Of a stretch of 64,000 nt of DNA, positions 12,401 through 24,520 are shown one piece after another (position 1 is the first letter of the stretch; the number at the start of each line of letters is the position of its first letter). The notes beneath the pieces are model-generated. The model was given only the letters and a program-made list of their open reading frames with translations, was not told where the DNA came from and ran no database searches. This DNA comes from Octopus vulgaris (Eukaryota). The stretch covers positions 77,624,001 through 77,688,000 of the forward strand of contig OX597815.1 in the NCBI GenBank assembly GCA_951406725.2, written 5' to 3'. The translations under genes and the position numbers were made by a program.

Positions 12401-13485
12401 TCATGCTTCTGGCCACCTCTTTAATCTTCACCGATTTGCTGCCAATTCAAAGGTTTCCCAGTCTATTATTCGTGACCTCCTTTATGCAGATGACATGCAG
12501 TGGATGACATGCAAATACTCATGAATCGCATTTCTGCTTCTTGCAGGGCATTTGGACTCAGCATTAGCCTGGACAAGACTGTTGTAATGTTCCAGCCTGC
12601 ACCAGGAAATCCATATATAGAACCAGCTATCTTAGTTGAAGGAACGATTCTGAAGGTAGTAGACAAGTTTGTCTACCTGGGCAGCACACTCAGCTGTTCT
12701 TGCTCCCTGGATGAGGAAATATCTTTCAGGTTGCAGAGAGCAACTAATTCCTTCCGGTCTCTTCAGTCTCGTGTCTGGTCCCAACATGGCATCGCAAGGA
12801 GAACAAAACTTGCTGTGTACCGTGCTTGTGTACTGACGTCGCTTCTCTACTCATGTGAGACATGGACTCTGTACAAACGTCAGGTCAGAGTCCTTGAACG
12901 TTTTCATCAGAGATGTCTCAGACACATTCTCAATGTTGGCTGGACCTCAAAAATTCCAGACACACAGATCCTGAGGACAGCTGATATCTTGAGTATTGAG
13001 GCGATGGTACACAAGCACCGGTTGCGTTGGACTGGACACCTTATTAGAATGGAGTATAGAAGGATTCCTAAGCAGATGCTTTATGGAGAACTTGTGAATG
13101 GAAGGAGACTCTGGCAGAAACCAAGGCTGCAATTTAAGGACTGTGTCAAGTCCTCGTTAAAGGCCTTTGATATGCAGGACACTGACTGGGAGAACAATGC
13201 CTGTCATCGCCACAGATGGAGGAAGCAGGTTAAGGAGGGGATCAACACTTTTGAGAGAGCACGTATCCAGCATGAAGAACTTAAGCGAGCTGCACGAAAG
13301 TGCACAGCTCGTATAGTGAATGGGGAAAGCTTGGTCTGCAATGTTTGCAGTCGTGTATGCTTGTCAAGAGCAGGGCTCATTAGCCACCAACAGAGCCGCA
13401 AATGCAAAATATAAGTTAGTCCTAGAGCACACAATGTTCCTGAAGGTCGGCAATGGTCTTCCTCGGTCACGAGTGGACGGCCATC
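9408..13485 (+). mobile_element. full-length RTE-clade LINE with 12-bp TSD
   Basis: TSD ATGTCATTATTT at 9396-9407 and 13486-13497. ~850-bp 5' leader, single APE-RT ORF, short 3' UTR. Confidence 0.93.
10290..13414 (+). pseudogene. RTE ORF: APE endonuclease + reverse transcriptase + C-terminal C2H2-like finger, disrupted
   Basis: Motifs WNVCTL, ALSETR, YAPT, GDFNARVG, TDH; RT motifs NYRGIALL, QCGFR, FIDLTKAFD, GVKQG, YADD, YLG; CNVC..H finger. In-frame TGA at 10797 and 11070; deletion/frameshift at about 12490-12510 just after YADD. Confidence 0.93.
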
Positions 13486-13497
13486 ATGTCATTATTT

Positions 13498-13614
13498 AGT
13501 TTTATCTCAATATTTCTTCCCAATAGAGAAAGAACTGGTTTCTAACCTAGATCCAAGGCTCCTTCATTGAAATTTCAACATCAACAATAAGGTATTTCTG
13601 TACGTATATATATT

Positions 13615-13648
<34 letters not shown>

Positions 13649-14062
13649 TGTATGTATGTATGTATGTGCGTAGATTTGTATGTTTTGTTTTATGTATGTC
13701 TTCTCATGCATATACTTGCATATCTAGACATACTCATATATACTTAAATGATAAACTTCTGGAAAGTTTTACAGATTTTTACAATTCCAGTGTTGGATTG
13801 AATCTATAGTCTTCAAATCAGCTTTCTCCTTTTTGGTTTTGAGAAGCCTAGTTTCTCAAGATTGGTATTTAGGCAGTGTTACATATCCCAGTGCCCCAAT
13901 AATTACAGGTATAAACCTGAACTTGTAATCTAGATAGAGTAACTGCAGATTTCTTAATAGTTCAGTGTAGGTATTCTCTTTCTCACTGATCTTCAACTTC
14001 ATGTTGACATCCAGTAGGCAGCTGTACACAGTTTCTCTTCTTACAGTGTTCTAGCTATGACA
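13498..14062 (-). mobile_element. 3' fragment of a restriction-like-endonuclease (R4/Dong-like) non-LTR element
   Basis: Minus strand gives LDVNMKLKISEKENTYTELLRNLQLLYLDYKFRFIPVIIGALGYVT...LEKLGF...ICKTFQKFII*, a typical RLE C-terminus. Flanked by (TATG)n. Confidence 0.75.
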
Positions 14063-14095
14063 TCATGTCACATTAGTGGATGATACCATGATGAC

Positions 14096-14294
14096 ATGTA
14101 TGTATGTACATCTGTATGTATGCATACATGTATGTATATGTGTGTATGTGTGTATGTATGTATGTATGTATGTACGTATGCATGCATGCATGCATGCATG
14201 TATGTATGTATGTATGTATGTATGTATGTATGTATGTATGTATGTATGTATGTATGTATGTATGTATGTATTTATGTATGTATGTATGTATGTA

Positions 14295-14326
<32 letters not shown>

Positions 14327-14340
14327 GTTTTGTATGTATA
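14096..14340. repeat. (TATG)n/(TG)n microsatellite
   Basis: Direct reading. Confidence 0.95.
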
Positions 14341-14469
14341 ACCAATGATTCATAAAATCATAGTAATCCAATTGCAGAATGTTTAAAAACAACTGAGAGC
14401 AAAGACTAAACTTTAATGTTTATGTATTTGTTTTGCAAGATTCCTGATGTGAAATCGTGTGTTGAAACA

Positions 14470-14795
14470 TATATTGTTATATATGAGGATAGTCTTTTTT
14501 CGATTGCCAAGTAAACATACGCATTATATATTTGATCTTCACTGCAGATTTATTATTGTTCTTAATTTATGTCTATTGTCTGAAAAGCTTTCAATGGGAA
14601 AACAGAGTTGACTAAACGGAACAGGAGGAAACATGTGGGATGGAGAGTTGCTGAAGAGGTCACAGGTGTGTGACAAAAGATTTCCAGACAATAGACATAA
14701 AATAAGAACACCAATAAACAAGTGAAGAACAAATATATAGAGCATGTGTTTATTTGGCAAGCAAAAAATTGACCATCCTGAAATATAACAATATT
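14470..14795. repeat. ~115-bp inverted repeat with a degenerate hammerhead in the spacer
   Basis: 14470-14585 is the reverse complement of 14681-14795 (TGCCAAGTAAACA/TGTTTATTTGGCA; TATGTCTATTGTCTG/CAGACAATAGACATA). CTGAAGA-G-GTCAC-AGGTGT-GTGAC-AAAAG at 14651-14679. Confidence 0.7.
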
Positions 14796-17221
14796 AAGCT
14801 TTTATTTTAAAAGTTACTTTAACAGTTTATAGTTCAATATTTCAGGTGTAAATTAAAGTAGCAAGTTGGCAGAATCATTAGCACACCAGGCACTGCCACC
14901 ACTAGTGCCACCATCGTCACCACCACTTGACAACCATTGTTGGTTTATTTGCTGAGCAGTTTGGCAAAGAAGAACGATAAAATATCTACCAGCTTAAAAA
15001 TAAATACTGGGGTCAATTTGTTAGATTAGGCCCTATGAGATGGTGCTCCAGTATGGCTGCAATTCTATGACTGAGACACATAAAAGATAAAATATTAAAA
15101 AAAATATGTCAATTACTGGCCAGATGAATTATCAGTGACAGAAATTGACCAAATCATAAAGAGAAGGCCACACGCCATTAATGAAATGTGCAGCTTTCCT
15201 AAAGAAAGAAATAAATATAGTTGTTACATGATTATGATGAATAAGGAAATTAACAAAATTGGTGAAAATTTTGTGAAAAAGTGACTTATTTATTCAGAAA
15301 GTTCCAGTAAAATTTATTGCTTTTATTGCAAATTTTTTGGCTCCTGAAATAATTCATTTTTAGTAAAATCTGGAATTAATAACTTGAAGCATGCTTGTGA
15401 ATATTTTCCATCATATGGAAATGAGTACATAATCTGAAATGTCTTAAGAAGTAGTTTGAGACATCTCCTCCATTACAGACTAATGAAATTATTGATAACA
15501 AGATGCAGTCATGTGTGGAAAAAGAATGAGAGCATTGATATAGAGTTTATGAACATTTAATAAGCATCGCTCTATATTTAGGTGAAAAATAGTTTGGTTT
15601 TTCAGAGGAATTTCAGACACATTATTTATACCAAACAATGGAAATATTTTAGGTCTTGTTGAGTTACATGGAAAATATAATCTGACAATGGACAAATATT
15701 TACTTTGGGTTATGTCTAAAGAAATTCACACTCACTATTGTAGAAAAAAAAACAAAAAAAAAATCATTCAGAATGAAATAATCAATTTGTTTGAAAATAC
15801 TGTTCAGGAAAATATATTGAACTGATCTAAAGAAGCCGAATACTTCAGCCTTATCTTTAGATAGTACACCAGATATAACTCATGTAGAGAAGCTTTCACT
15901 AACAATATAATTTTAGATGTAGAAGCCATTTCAATAAAGGGACATTTTATTGGCTGTAAACCAATTATAGACACTACAGGCAAAGGATTATGTAAAAGTA
16001 TACTTGATTTTCTGTGTGTGTGAAAGAGAAAGAGGGAGAGAAAGAGAAAAAGAGACAGACAGGCAGACAGATGGAGGGTAGGTTTGACTTACATAACTGC
16101 AGAGGTCAAGAATATGATAATGATTTAGATATGAAAAGAAAGAATAAAGGAATTCCAGTGTAATTCATGAAAGAAAATCCACAGGTGTTTTACAAGCAGC
16201 GATGTGAGTGTGATACTTTAATGAACTTTAATGGTTAGTGCAGTAAGTTACTAAAAATTTACTTCGTCTTTTTGGTACTGTCCTACGCTTAGGATTCACG
16301 TCTTGCTTCTCCTAGGCTGTGGCATGTACTTAATAAAACATGTTAAATTACTCATTTCAAAATGTTTGTGAGACTACATGATGGGAGAGCAAATTAGAAA
16401 GAGTCAAGGTCATTGACTGCACTTGATGGCATAAAAGATTTTCACAGGTATATTAGACACACCCAAATTTCATTGGCACATATTCAGGAAAAAGGTTTTT
16501 AGTGCACTAAAGTATGTAATACAGGCCCGACTTCATATATAGGACCCAGGCTGATTTTTTGAGACATGTTTGAGAAAGAAAAGTGCATCGTTTATGCCAC
16601 CACTACCACAACCACCACCGCCATCATCATCATTTACCACCCATTTTTCATGCTGGCATTGGACTGGACAGTTTGACAGGAGCTGGCAAAGCTGGGAACC
16701 ACACCAGGTTCCGCTGTCACTTTTTGGTATGATTTCAACAGCTGGATGCCCTCTCACTTTACAGAGTGTACTGGGAGCTTTTTATGTGACACCAACACCA
16801 GATGTACTTCAAGTGCATATAATAAATTACAGATTAATTAAAATTATAATAACACTAAGCAAATATCAGAAATCAATGAAATTATAGGAGTATTAGAAGC
16901 TCTTTATAAACTTTCAGGAATTCTTGCTTCTGGTACCACAAAGTGACATTAATCAGAGACTCTTGTATCTCAAATAAAAGATTAGTTTTCTAGTAATAAT
17001 GAATGTTTGGTATGATGCCTTAGACAAAGTAAATGGAACTGTCTGCTATAATGAAAATTAGCACTCTAATTAATTAATTGATTATTGTGTCTGATGGTAT
17101 ATAACACTTTTTTCTAAAAAAACGTCTCAAAAAAAATCATCCTGGGCCCTATATGCAAAGTTGGTCCTCCCATAAGCTTGTTTTTTCTTGCATGTTTATT
17201 ACTGTAATTATGTAGGATAGG

Positions 17222-17560
17222 TGAAGGTGCATGGCTCAGTTGTTAGAGTTTTGGACTCGCAATCATGCAGTTATGAGTTCAATTCCTGGATCGAGCTGTG
17301 TGTTGAGTTCTTGAGCAAGACATTATATATCACGTTGCTCTAGTTCACTCAGCTGTAGAAATGAGTTGCGATGTTACTGGTGCCAAGCTGTATCGGCCTT
17401 TGCCTTTACCTTGGATAACATCAGTGGACTGGAGAGAGGAGGCTGGTATGCATGTGCAACTGCTGGTCTTCTATAAACAACTTTGCTCGAACATGTGTTT
17501 TGGAGGGTATCTTACTAGGTGTAATCCCATGGTTATTTATGACCGAAGGGGGTCTTTACT
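17222..17560 (+). mobile_element. tRNA-derived SINE
   Basis: TGGCTCAGTTG A box, GAGTTCAATTCC B box, CTTGAGCAAGACA...CACTCAGCTG body. Confidence 0.75.
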
Positions 17561-18127
17561 CTTTTTATATGGGAAATTTTCATTCCCATGATTTCTTGCT
17601 TTATGTTCCCCTGTGTTGCTAAATTACGTTTTATATAGAGTAATGTTTTCTACTACAGCTAAGGTGCTTTTCTAATGTTTTGCAATGTACTGCAAAACCG
17701 TTTTAAGTATTATATGTTTTAATACATTAAAATGTTTTTCTTTTTCCTGAATATGCACTTCTGAAATTTATTTGCATCTAAAATGTCCGTGTGGTTTTTA
17801 TGCCATTAAATACAGTATCATGCAAATGGATATGAGAGTACCCTAGTATCAACAAAAGACTTAACTACAGAATTAAATGTGGAGACCATTCTTAAAAGTA
17901 AAAGAATAAATATAAAAAAAGAAGACAGACAGTTTGAATGTGACTGCATTGATGAGGCCACAAACAAAGATGATCTAGAAATAAGATTAAAAGATCACTT
18001 TTTCAATGTAATAGCTCAACACAACTATTAATTCTTTATTAGACAGATTTGAACAGTTACAAAGATTCATTAACACAATTTTAAATATAAAATTTCAGAG
18101 GTATACTTGTCATGTATTGAAACTAAA

Positions 18128-18340
18128 ACAATTACAGCATGGAAGAAACCTATTAACGATTCAAAAACACACAAAGACTGTTAACTTCACAAGAGCATTT
18201 ATTATTTGCAGTAAAATCTGTGTTGCACCAATTGTAACTTGGTCATTGATATGATTCCACTGCAGTGGAACTGTATCAAAGGCCAGTTTTTGTGTGTTTT
18301 GAACAGCTAGTATGTATCTTCCATGTTGTAATTGTTAAGA
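18128..18340. mobile_element. degraded MITE-like inverted repeat inside the hAT relic
   Basis: ACAATTACAGCATGGAAGA...TTCAAAAACACACAAAGACTG versus CAGTTTTTGTGTGTTTTGAA...TCTTCCATGTTGTAATTGT. Confidence 0.65.
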
Positions 18341-20019
18341 TATCAAATATTTGCTAGATAAAAAGCAATTAGTATGTTAACGGAGGATAAGTTAAGATAC
18401 CTAGGAAATATTCAGAAAATAGTAATGTTAATAGATGAATTCTTTTGACTGAACTAGATCTTGTAAAATATTTATTTCCTGGAGATGTAAAATGTCTAAT
18501 AGAATCTGTTAGATTCATTTATGGTACTGAGTTTCAGGATACCATGATAAATCTGTGGGTTGTATTAACAATTAATTCTTACAATACTTATAACTGTATC
18601 CATGGAATAGAAAGGCTTTAGTAAACTAGAGCTTATAATGACATATTTCCAGTCATCCATTACATAAGACATTAAATTCTTCAGTAATTTTCTCAAATGA
18701 ATTGTAAAAGAAGATACATCTCAAAAGTACCATAAAAGCATTTACAAATTCAAAGTAAATTAAAAAAAATGGTCTTAGCTAATATTTTTTTCAACGTTAG
18801 TTCCGTTGCTCATATCGTTTAATATTTTTGGAGAAGCTTTGTTACATCTACAGTTTTCATTATCATGAACTTGATGAATATATTAACAATATGCTTCTCA
18901 ATTGGTTTAAATTTTGTACTGATTTTAATTTCTTGCTTTTGTGTTCACTTTTGTTTTCTTCCTCTTCTTTGTCATCATCATCATCACTGTCACCATCACC
19001 GCTGTTGTTATCATCATCACCTCCATCATCATAAATACTCCACACCGCCATCATCATCATGAGTTAACTTCCATCTTCCATGCTAACCTCAGTCAGTCAA
19101 TTTGATGGAATCTGATCAGCCAAAGGACGTAGCACTCCCTATTTGTTTAGTCATGGCTTCTACAGCTAGATGCCCTTCCTAACAGCAACTATGGAACCCC
19201 ACCATGAAAGACTTTCCTGAACACCAAGGACAAGGACCCAGGTCTATACTTAGAGTGATACCATACACTCTTACCATATTTGCAACTTTCACCTACCTTT
19301 CAATAAATTCACTCGAAGACAGTACTTCCCTAATCAAGCTCACTTTCCTTTTCAGGTCAATGAGAGCTCTACAAAAGAGGAATGTCTCTGTCCTCATGCC
19401 CTTCAATCTCATTCACCAGACAACCTCTTTCACCACATCCACCAGGTAAAAGAAAACTGCTTTACCTGCCAGATTAAAGGAGGGTAACTGAGCAATCATC
19501 ACTATGGGCTCAGCTGATTGATGAATCTGCCCCACATGTGACAATAAGCTGTTCAATGTAACTCCACAAGCCAGCAACGAATGAGTGTATGTAGAACAGT
19601 TTCAATGCTCAATGCAAACCTCTGACAAGCCAATCTGGCAGTACATCCATGCTTCTAGAGTGTATCTTGAACTGGCAGCACCCCTCTGTAGTGCTGCCAT
19701 GCCAAGGACATCTGGAAATTATTCATAGTAGTACCCAACCGGAAAGTCCTCAGGAACAGACTAGCCAGTTTGTTTTTGTTAATGCTTAGAGTCTTTCTGA
19801 GAATGTTGTCACACTTCCTCACCACTAATCCCCTGTATATTGCTCAAGTGGAACATCTACTGATCCCATTGCCTGACTTGTAGAGAACTGTGAGCACTTA
19901 ATAGCACTCTAAGTGCCAGACATCCAATCTCAGTCTTTCCTTCACCCAGGACTGCCACTCTAGAACTCACACACACTCACCATCCAGAAATTGTTGGAGG
20001 TAGTGCAAACTCAAGTCTT

Positions 20020-20360
20020 GTGGTGCTGATGATGATGATGGTGGTGGGGATCAAAGCAATGGGAGAAGTCGTGGTGATGATGGTGCTGATGATGATAACG
20101 TTCAAAATGGTGGAGCTGACATTGGTGATGACAATGATGGTAGGGATGTTGATGATGATGATGATAATGATTGTTGAGGAAGAGGCAGAAAAGACATTGG
20201 TGATATGATGTCCTTCTAATCAATGTCAGTGATAATGATGATGGTGAAAATGATAGTAGTGGTGGTAGTGGTGGTATGCTGAAGACAGCAACAGTGATAA
20301 TGATGATGATGATGACAATGATGATGATGACAATGACAATGGCAATGATGATGATGATGA
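20020..20360. repeat. degenerate (GAT/GGT)n trinucleotide tract
   Basis: Direct reading. Explains the His/Met/Val-rich ORFs. Confidence 0.9.
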
Positions 20361-21719
20361 ATTAAGAAGAGTAATTTTTTTTTTGCATTTTTGTCATTTC
20401 TCAACTTGCAATTGAGAAGTGTGATCCTCTTAGAAAGTCCATAAAACAAATTCCCACTTCCTAAATAAATATTTTCACCCAAAGGTATCACACACACATA
20501 TATAAAATGAATACAGTCACATATTTTCCTTACTAACACAACAAAAGCCTATATACATTCATATTTACTTCAAGATGGCATGTGTGAGAATTTGTGAGTT
20601 TTCAATGGTTTTATATTTGAGTTGAAAGAAAACCTTTTTGTTAAATGCATTACAATAATTTACTGATTACTTAGTTGACCTCATTAACAGTGAAATCAAC
20701 TACACCTTCTCTCTATGCATTTATGACTTTCTGACAATTTCTCTTTAGTACCTAAGTGTAAGCATGGCTTATGATTAAGAAGTTTGCTTTGTAACCATGT
20801 GGTTTTAGGTTCAGTCCTAGGTTTTGCTACCATGCAACAATGCATTTTGTACACAAGCATCATACAATCTACTTTCCACTCAGAGAGAAGATGCCTTTGC
20901 TACCTCTGGCACCTTCACTCAAACTCTTGTGAGTGGATTTGGTAGGCAAAAACTGAATGAAACCCACCATCATCGTCATTGCCATTGTTGCCGTTGTCAT
21001 TGCTGCTGTCACCATCACCATCACATCACTGACACCACCACCATCCCCATCCCCAGCACCACCACCACCAACCAACAACAACAACAACTGCCACCACCAT
21101 CATCATTGTTATTTAATGTCCATGTTTCATACTGGTATGAGTTGGACATTTTGACAGAATCCTGTGGATCCAAAAACTGCATTGTACTCAAATGTTTGCT
21201 TTGGTAAGCTTCTGTGGCTAGATGTCCTTCCTGACACCAACCACAATACAGCATGCACTCAGTGCATTTTTTCCATTACACCTGCATTTATAAGGTTGCT
21301 ATACAGCCTGCAAGACTAAGATCTCTTATGACTGAGTAGGACTACAGCAGAGGAGAGAAGGCTACTTTGTGTTAGAATAGGAGACGTCAAAGTGTGAGAG
21401 TAAGACCAGAACAGACCAGGTTTCTTGCTGTTGGTGATTTCCCCAAACATATTAACCTGAGTAAGAAATATGTGTAAAAAGGTCAGGGAGCTTTTTGCTT
21501 CTTCTGATGGTAACAACGGGATTCTATCTCTCAGTAGAAAGTAGATCATATGATATTTGTTACAAAGTGCAATATTGCATTGGAGAAAAATGTAGATGTT
21601 AATCTTGGAGAATATAAGAAGATTGAAAAGAAATGGGGTGAGCATACTCCATGAAATATGTAATGTTAATGTGCATCAATGAGAGAATAAATGACCTGAT
21701 AGAAAAAGTGGTAAAAAAA

Positions 21720-21970
21720 GGTAAAGTCACCTTCTTGAGTCTTACAGACTCATAAGGGCTGGTTTCCTGGTTTCATGGTGTATATATTCCACATCTGGAT
21801 GGGATGCCAGTCTATCTTAGGATTATTCACTTCTGCCAGCTGAGTGGACTGGAGCAATGTGAAATGAAATGTTTTGCACAAGAACACAACACATCACCCA
21901 GTCCAGGAAGTGAAACCACAATCTTACGATCATGAGTCCAACACCCTAACCACTAAGCCACATGCTGCCA
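21720..21970 (-). mobile_element. tRNA-derived SINE with V-domain-like segment
   Basis: Minus strand has TGGCTTAGTGGTTAGGG head and GACTGGCATCCCATCCAG segment. Paralog at 28845-29085. Confidence 0.7.
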
Positions 21971-23289
21971 CTAAAGAGAAAAAGTGGATGCAAGAGGAAT
22001 TAGATGTGGTTAGTACAAGGGAGATGGCTGAAGGACAAAATCCATTTTCTGTCCCACAAGTTTGCACAGCATCCTCTCTCTGACTTTTCTACTACTAACA
22101 TTACGGCCTCTGCTCTTTAGAGCTGGCTGAGCTCATGACTAGAGCCTTCTCAGCAGCATTATAGCACCGCCCCCTGGCAAATCAATGCACTGGGCCCTAT
22201 AGTATTTCTTTATAGATAGCATCCACATTGGGTCTCAAGACTAATGAGGCCCTCAGGCCTTTCCAGAATGCAGCCATCTAGAATTTCATCCCTGTCCATA
22301 TCTTTTCCACAGGCATTGACTTGCAAAGGTTCAAGAGGAATATTAACGGTATTAATTTCACAAATCTATGAAGTTGCCTATGAAGGCCATGGGCACTGCC
22401 CATTCTCCTACCTCCACCAAAAACAAAATGAATACTTGATGTGTATGGGAGATAATACCTGGGTATAGAAGTACCAGGAATTCAAGTAGGAGAAATCTAC
22501 AGAAGAGGGAAACCCCAGGAAGTTTTGGAAAAAAGTGATGAAGATTGATTTCAAGTAGTTGAACCTCATACTGATGACAAAAGACCGTAAAAGTGGCAAA
22601 AAACTGTGCTGAAGAAGACTCATCAAAGCTATGTAAGCATGGAAGTAACCAAACATCATGATTGTGGAAGTAATGGTGGAGGGATCAATGGCAATGATGA
22701 TAATGGTAACGATGATGATGGTGGTTGTGGTGGTGGTGGTGGTAATGAGGATTTCTTTTCTCACAGAAGAATTAAAAAATAAAATACACTTGTGATGAGA
22801 CTCTTTAGATCCTACCATACATACATTATTTTTCTTGCACTTAAATCATTAAAGATTTTTATGACCTTATTCAACTTTTAAGCCGCACTACTGAAACAGT
22901 GAAATATTCTCAGGTTCTGAATTAATCAAATATTAATGAAAACTATTAAGACATCACACAAGAAAAACATATTTTCAATAAATTTGCAAAATATTTATTT
23001 TCTAGATATCAGATTTCAGCTAGTTTCTGCTACATTCTTTATTGATTGGAAAATATTTAATCCATTATTTCTAAATATTTAGATGGAATTCTAATAAAAC
23101 TCAAACATACCAAGTTTCAAATATTTATTAAAAGAGAAAATGAAAGAAAAAAAACCTAATCGATTACTGAGAAACATCTAGATAAAGAAAATTTGGGTGG
23201 GTCCTGTATTTCTTAAGTTATTTAGGTCATTACTAAGGCTGATGAAATAATTTCAATAACAACAATGACAGCAACAACAACAACAACAA

Positions 23290-23535
23290 CAACGGTTTCA
23301 AATTTTGGTACAAGGTGAGCAAGTTCAGGGAAGGGGATAAGTTACATCAGACCCCAATGTTCAACTGGTACTTATCGACTTTGAAAGAAAGAAAGGCAAA
23401 GTTGACCTTGGCAGAATTTGAACTCAGAACATAGCAACAGGTGAAATACTGCTAAGCATTTCGTCCAGTGTGCAAACAACTCTGCCAACTCACCGCCTGC
23501 TGCTGCTGCTGCTACTACTGCTACTGCTGCTGCTG

Positions 23536-23586
<51 letters not shown>

Positions 23587-23705
23587 TTACTGCTGCTGAA
23601 AGGCAAAATTGACCTTGGTGGAAACTGAACTCAGAACATAGCAGCAGACAAAATACCACTAAGCATTTCACCTGGCATGCTAATGATTCTGCCAGCTTGC
23701 CACCC

Positions 23706-23762
<57 letters not shown>

Positions 23763-23765
23763 CAA
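23290..23765 (-). mobile_element. Nin-domain-like SINE fragments with (CTG)n(CTA)n and (TAA)n tracts
   Basis: Repeated block GGCAAAGTTGACCTTGGCAGAATTTGAACTCAGAAC occurs twice, separated by microsatellites. Confidence 0.6.
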
Positions 23766-24019
23766 CAAGCTTGTTGAATACAGTGCTCAGTGTATTATAA
23801 ATTGTCATAAAAAAGGTAAAGGAGGAGAGAAAAAGCAGCAATAATCCAAGTAAAGAATGACCATAATGAAAGCTAAAATAACATGTGTAATAAACAGAAT
23901 AAAACGCAAAAACATGCAAAAGTGAACATTAGAGCCACAAAGAGGAAACAGGACAAAGGTACATCAGGTGTAATGCTGGAAGCATGGAAGAATGCAGAGT
24001 TCTGACAGGTAACAAGTGC

Positions 24020-24520
24020 TTTGACTATTCCAAGTGTAATAAAGTGTTTCCAAAAATTATGGATGCTGTACTGTGTTTTGGTTTTATAAGCAAGTCCTCA
24101 GGTGGTAGAGATATTAAATCCAAAATATGACCAAAGTTGTTGGGTAGATGGTGGATAATCTTGAAGGCTTCTACCAAGTCTGTTGCTAGATGTTGAAACT
24201 TCAAGGTATTGATGTCCAAAGAAGCAACACATTCAAGGTATGGTAAGTGACTGACAGAGGAGGGTATCTGCCTCGTTCTACGTATCTGGACAGTTTCCAG
24301 TACAGTGATATTCTAGACAAAATGGGGTTCCAGACTAGAGATTTAAACTGTAAGTTTGGTGGTGTAATTGTAAGTTTCACCATAAAGAACTTTAAATAGA
24401 TAGCCAGTGAATGGCTGAGTTGTGAAGACAACCATTTTGACAATTTTAGAATTTTAGAAATGTATTTAGTCCAATGCAGATCATTGTTGATATATAATAC
24501 CTAGCAGACTTCTAAAGATT
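24020..24520 (-). mobile_element. degraded CR1/L2-group LINE 3' fragment
   Basis: Minus strand PSLSHLPYLEC...DLVEAFKIIH, homologous to the C-terminus of the 33710-35062 protein. Confidence 0.7.

Larger units (their letters stand above)
15100..18770 (+). mobile_element. fragmented hAT transposase relic (ZMYM1/DUF4371-like), interrupted by SINEs and a MITE
   Basis: Fragments FRGISDTLFIPNNGNILGLVEL, IQNEII, EYFSLI.DSTPDITHVEKLS, DTTGKGL, NCRGQEYDN, and C-terminal FSKLELIMTY. Many stops. Confidence 0.8.

Noticed and set aside
18828-21254. His-rich or Met/Val-rich ORFs resembling metal-binding or membrane proteins
   Set aside because: They derive from (CAT/GAT)n tracts that are open in several frames on both strands, with no splice or domain support.
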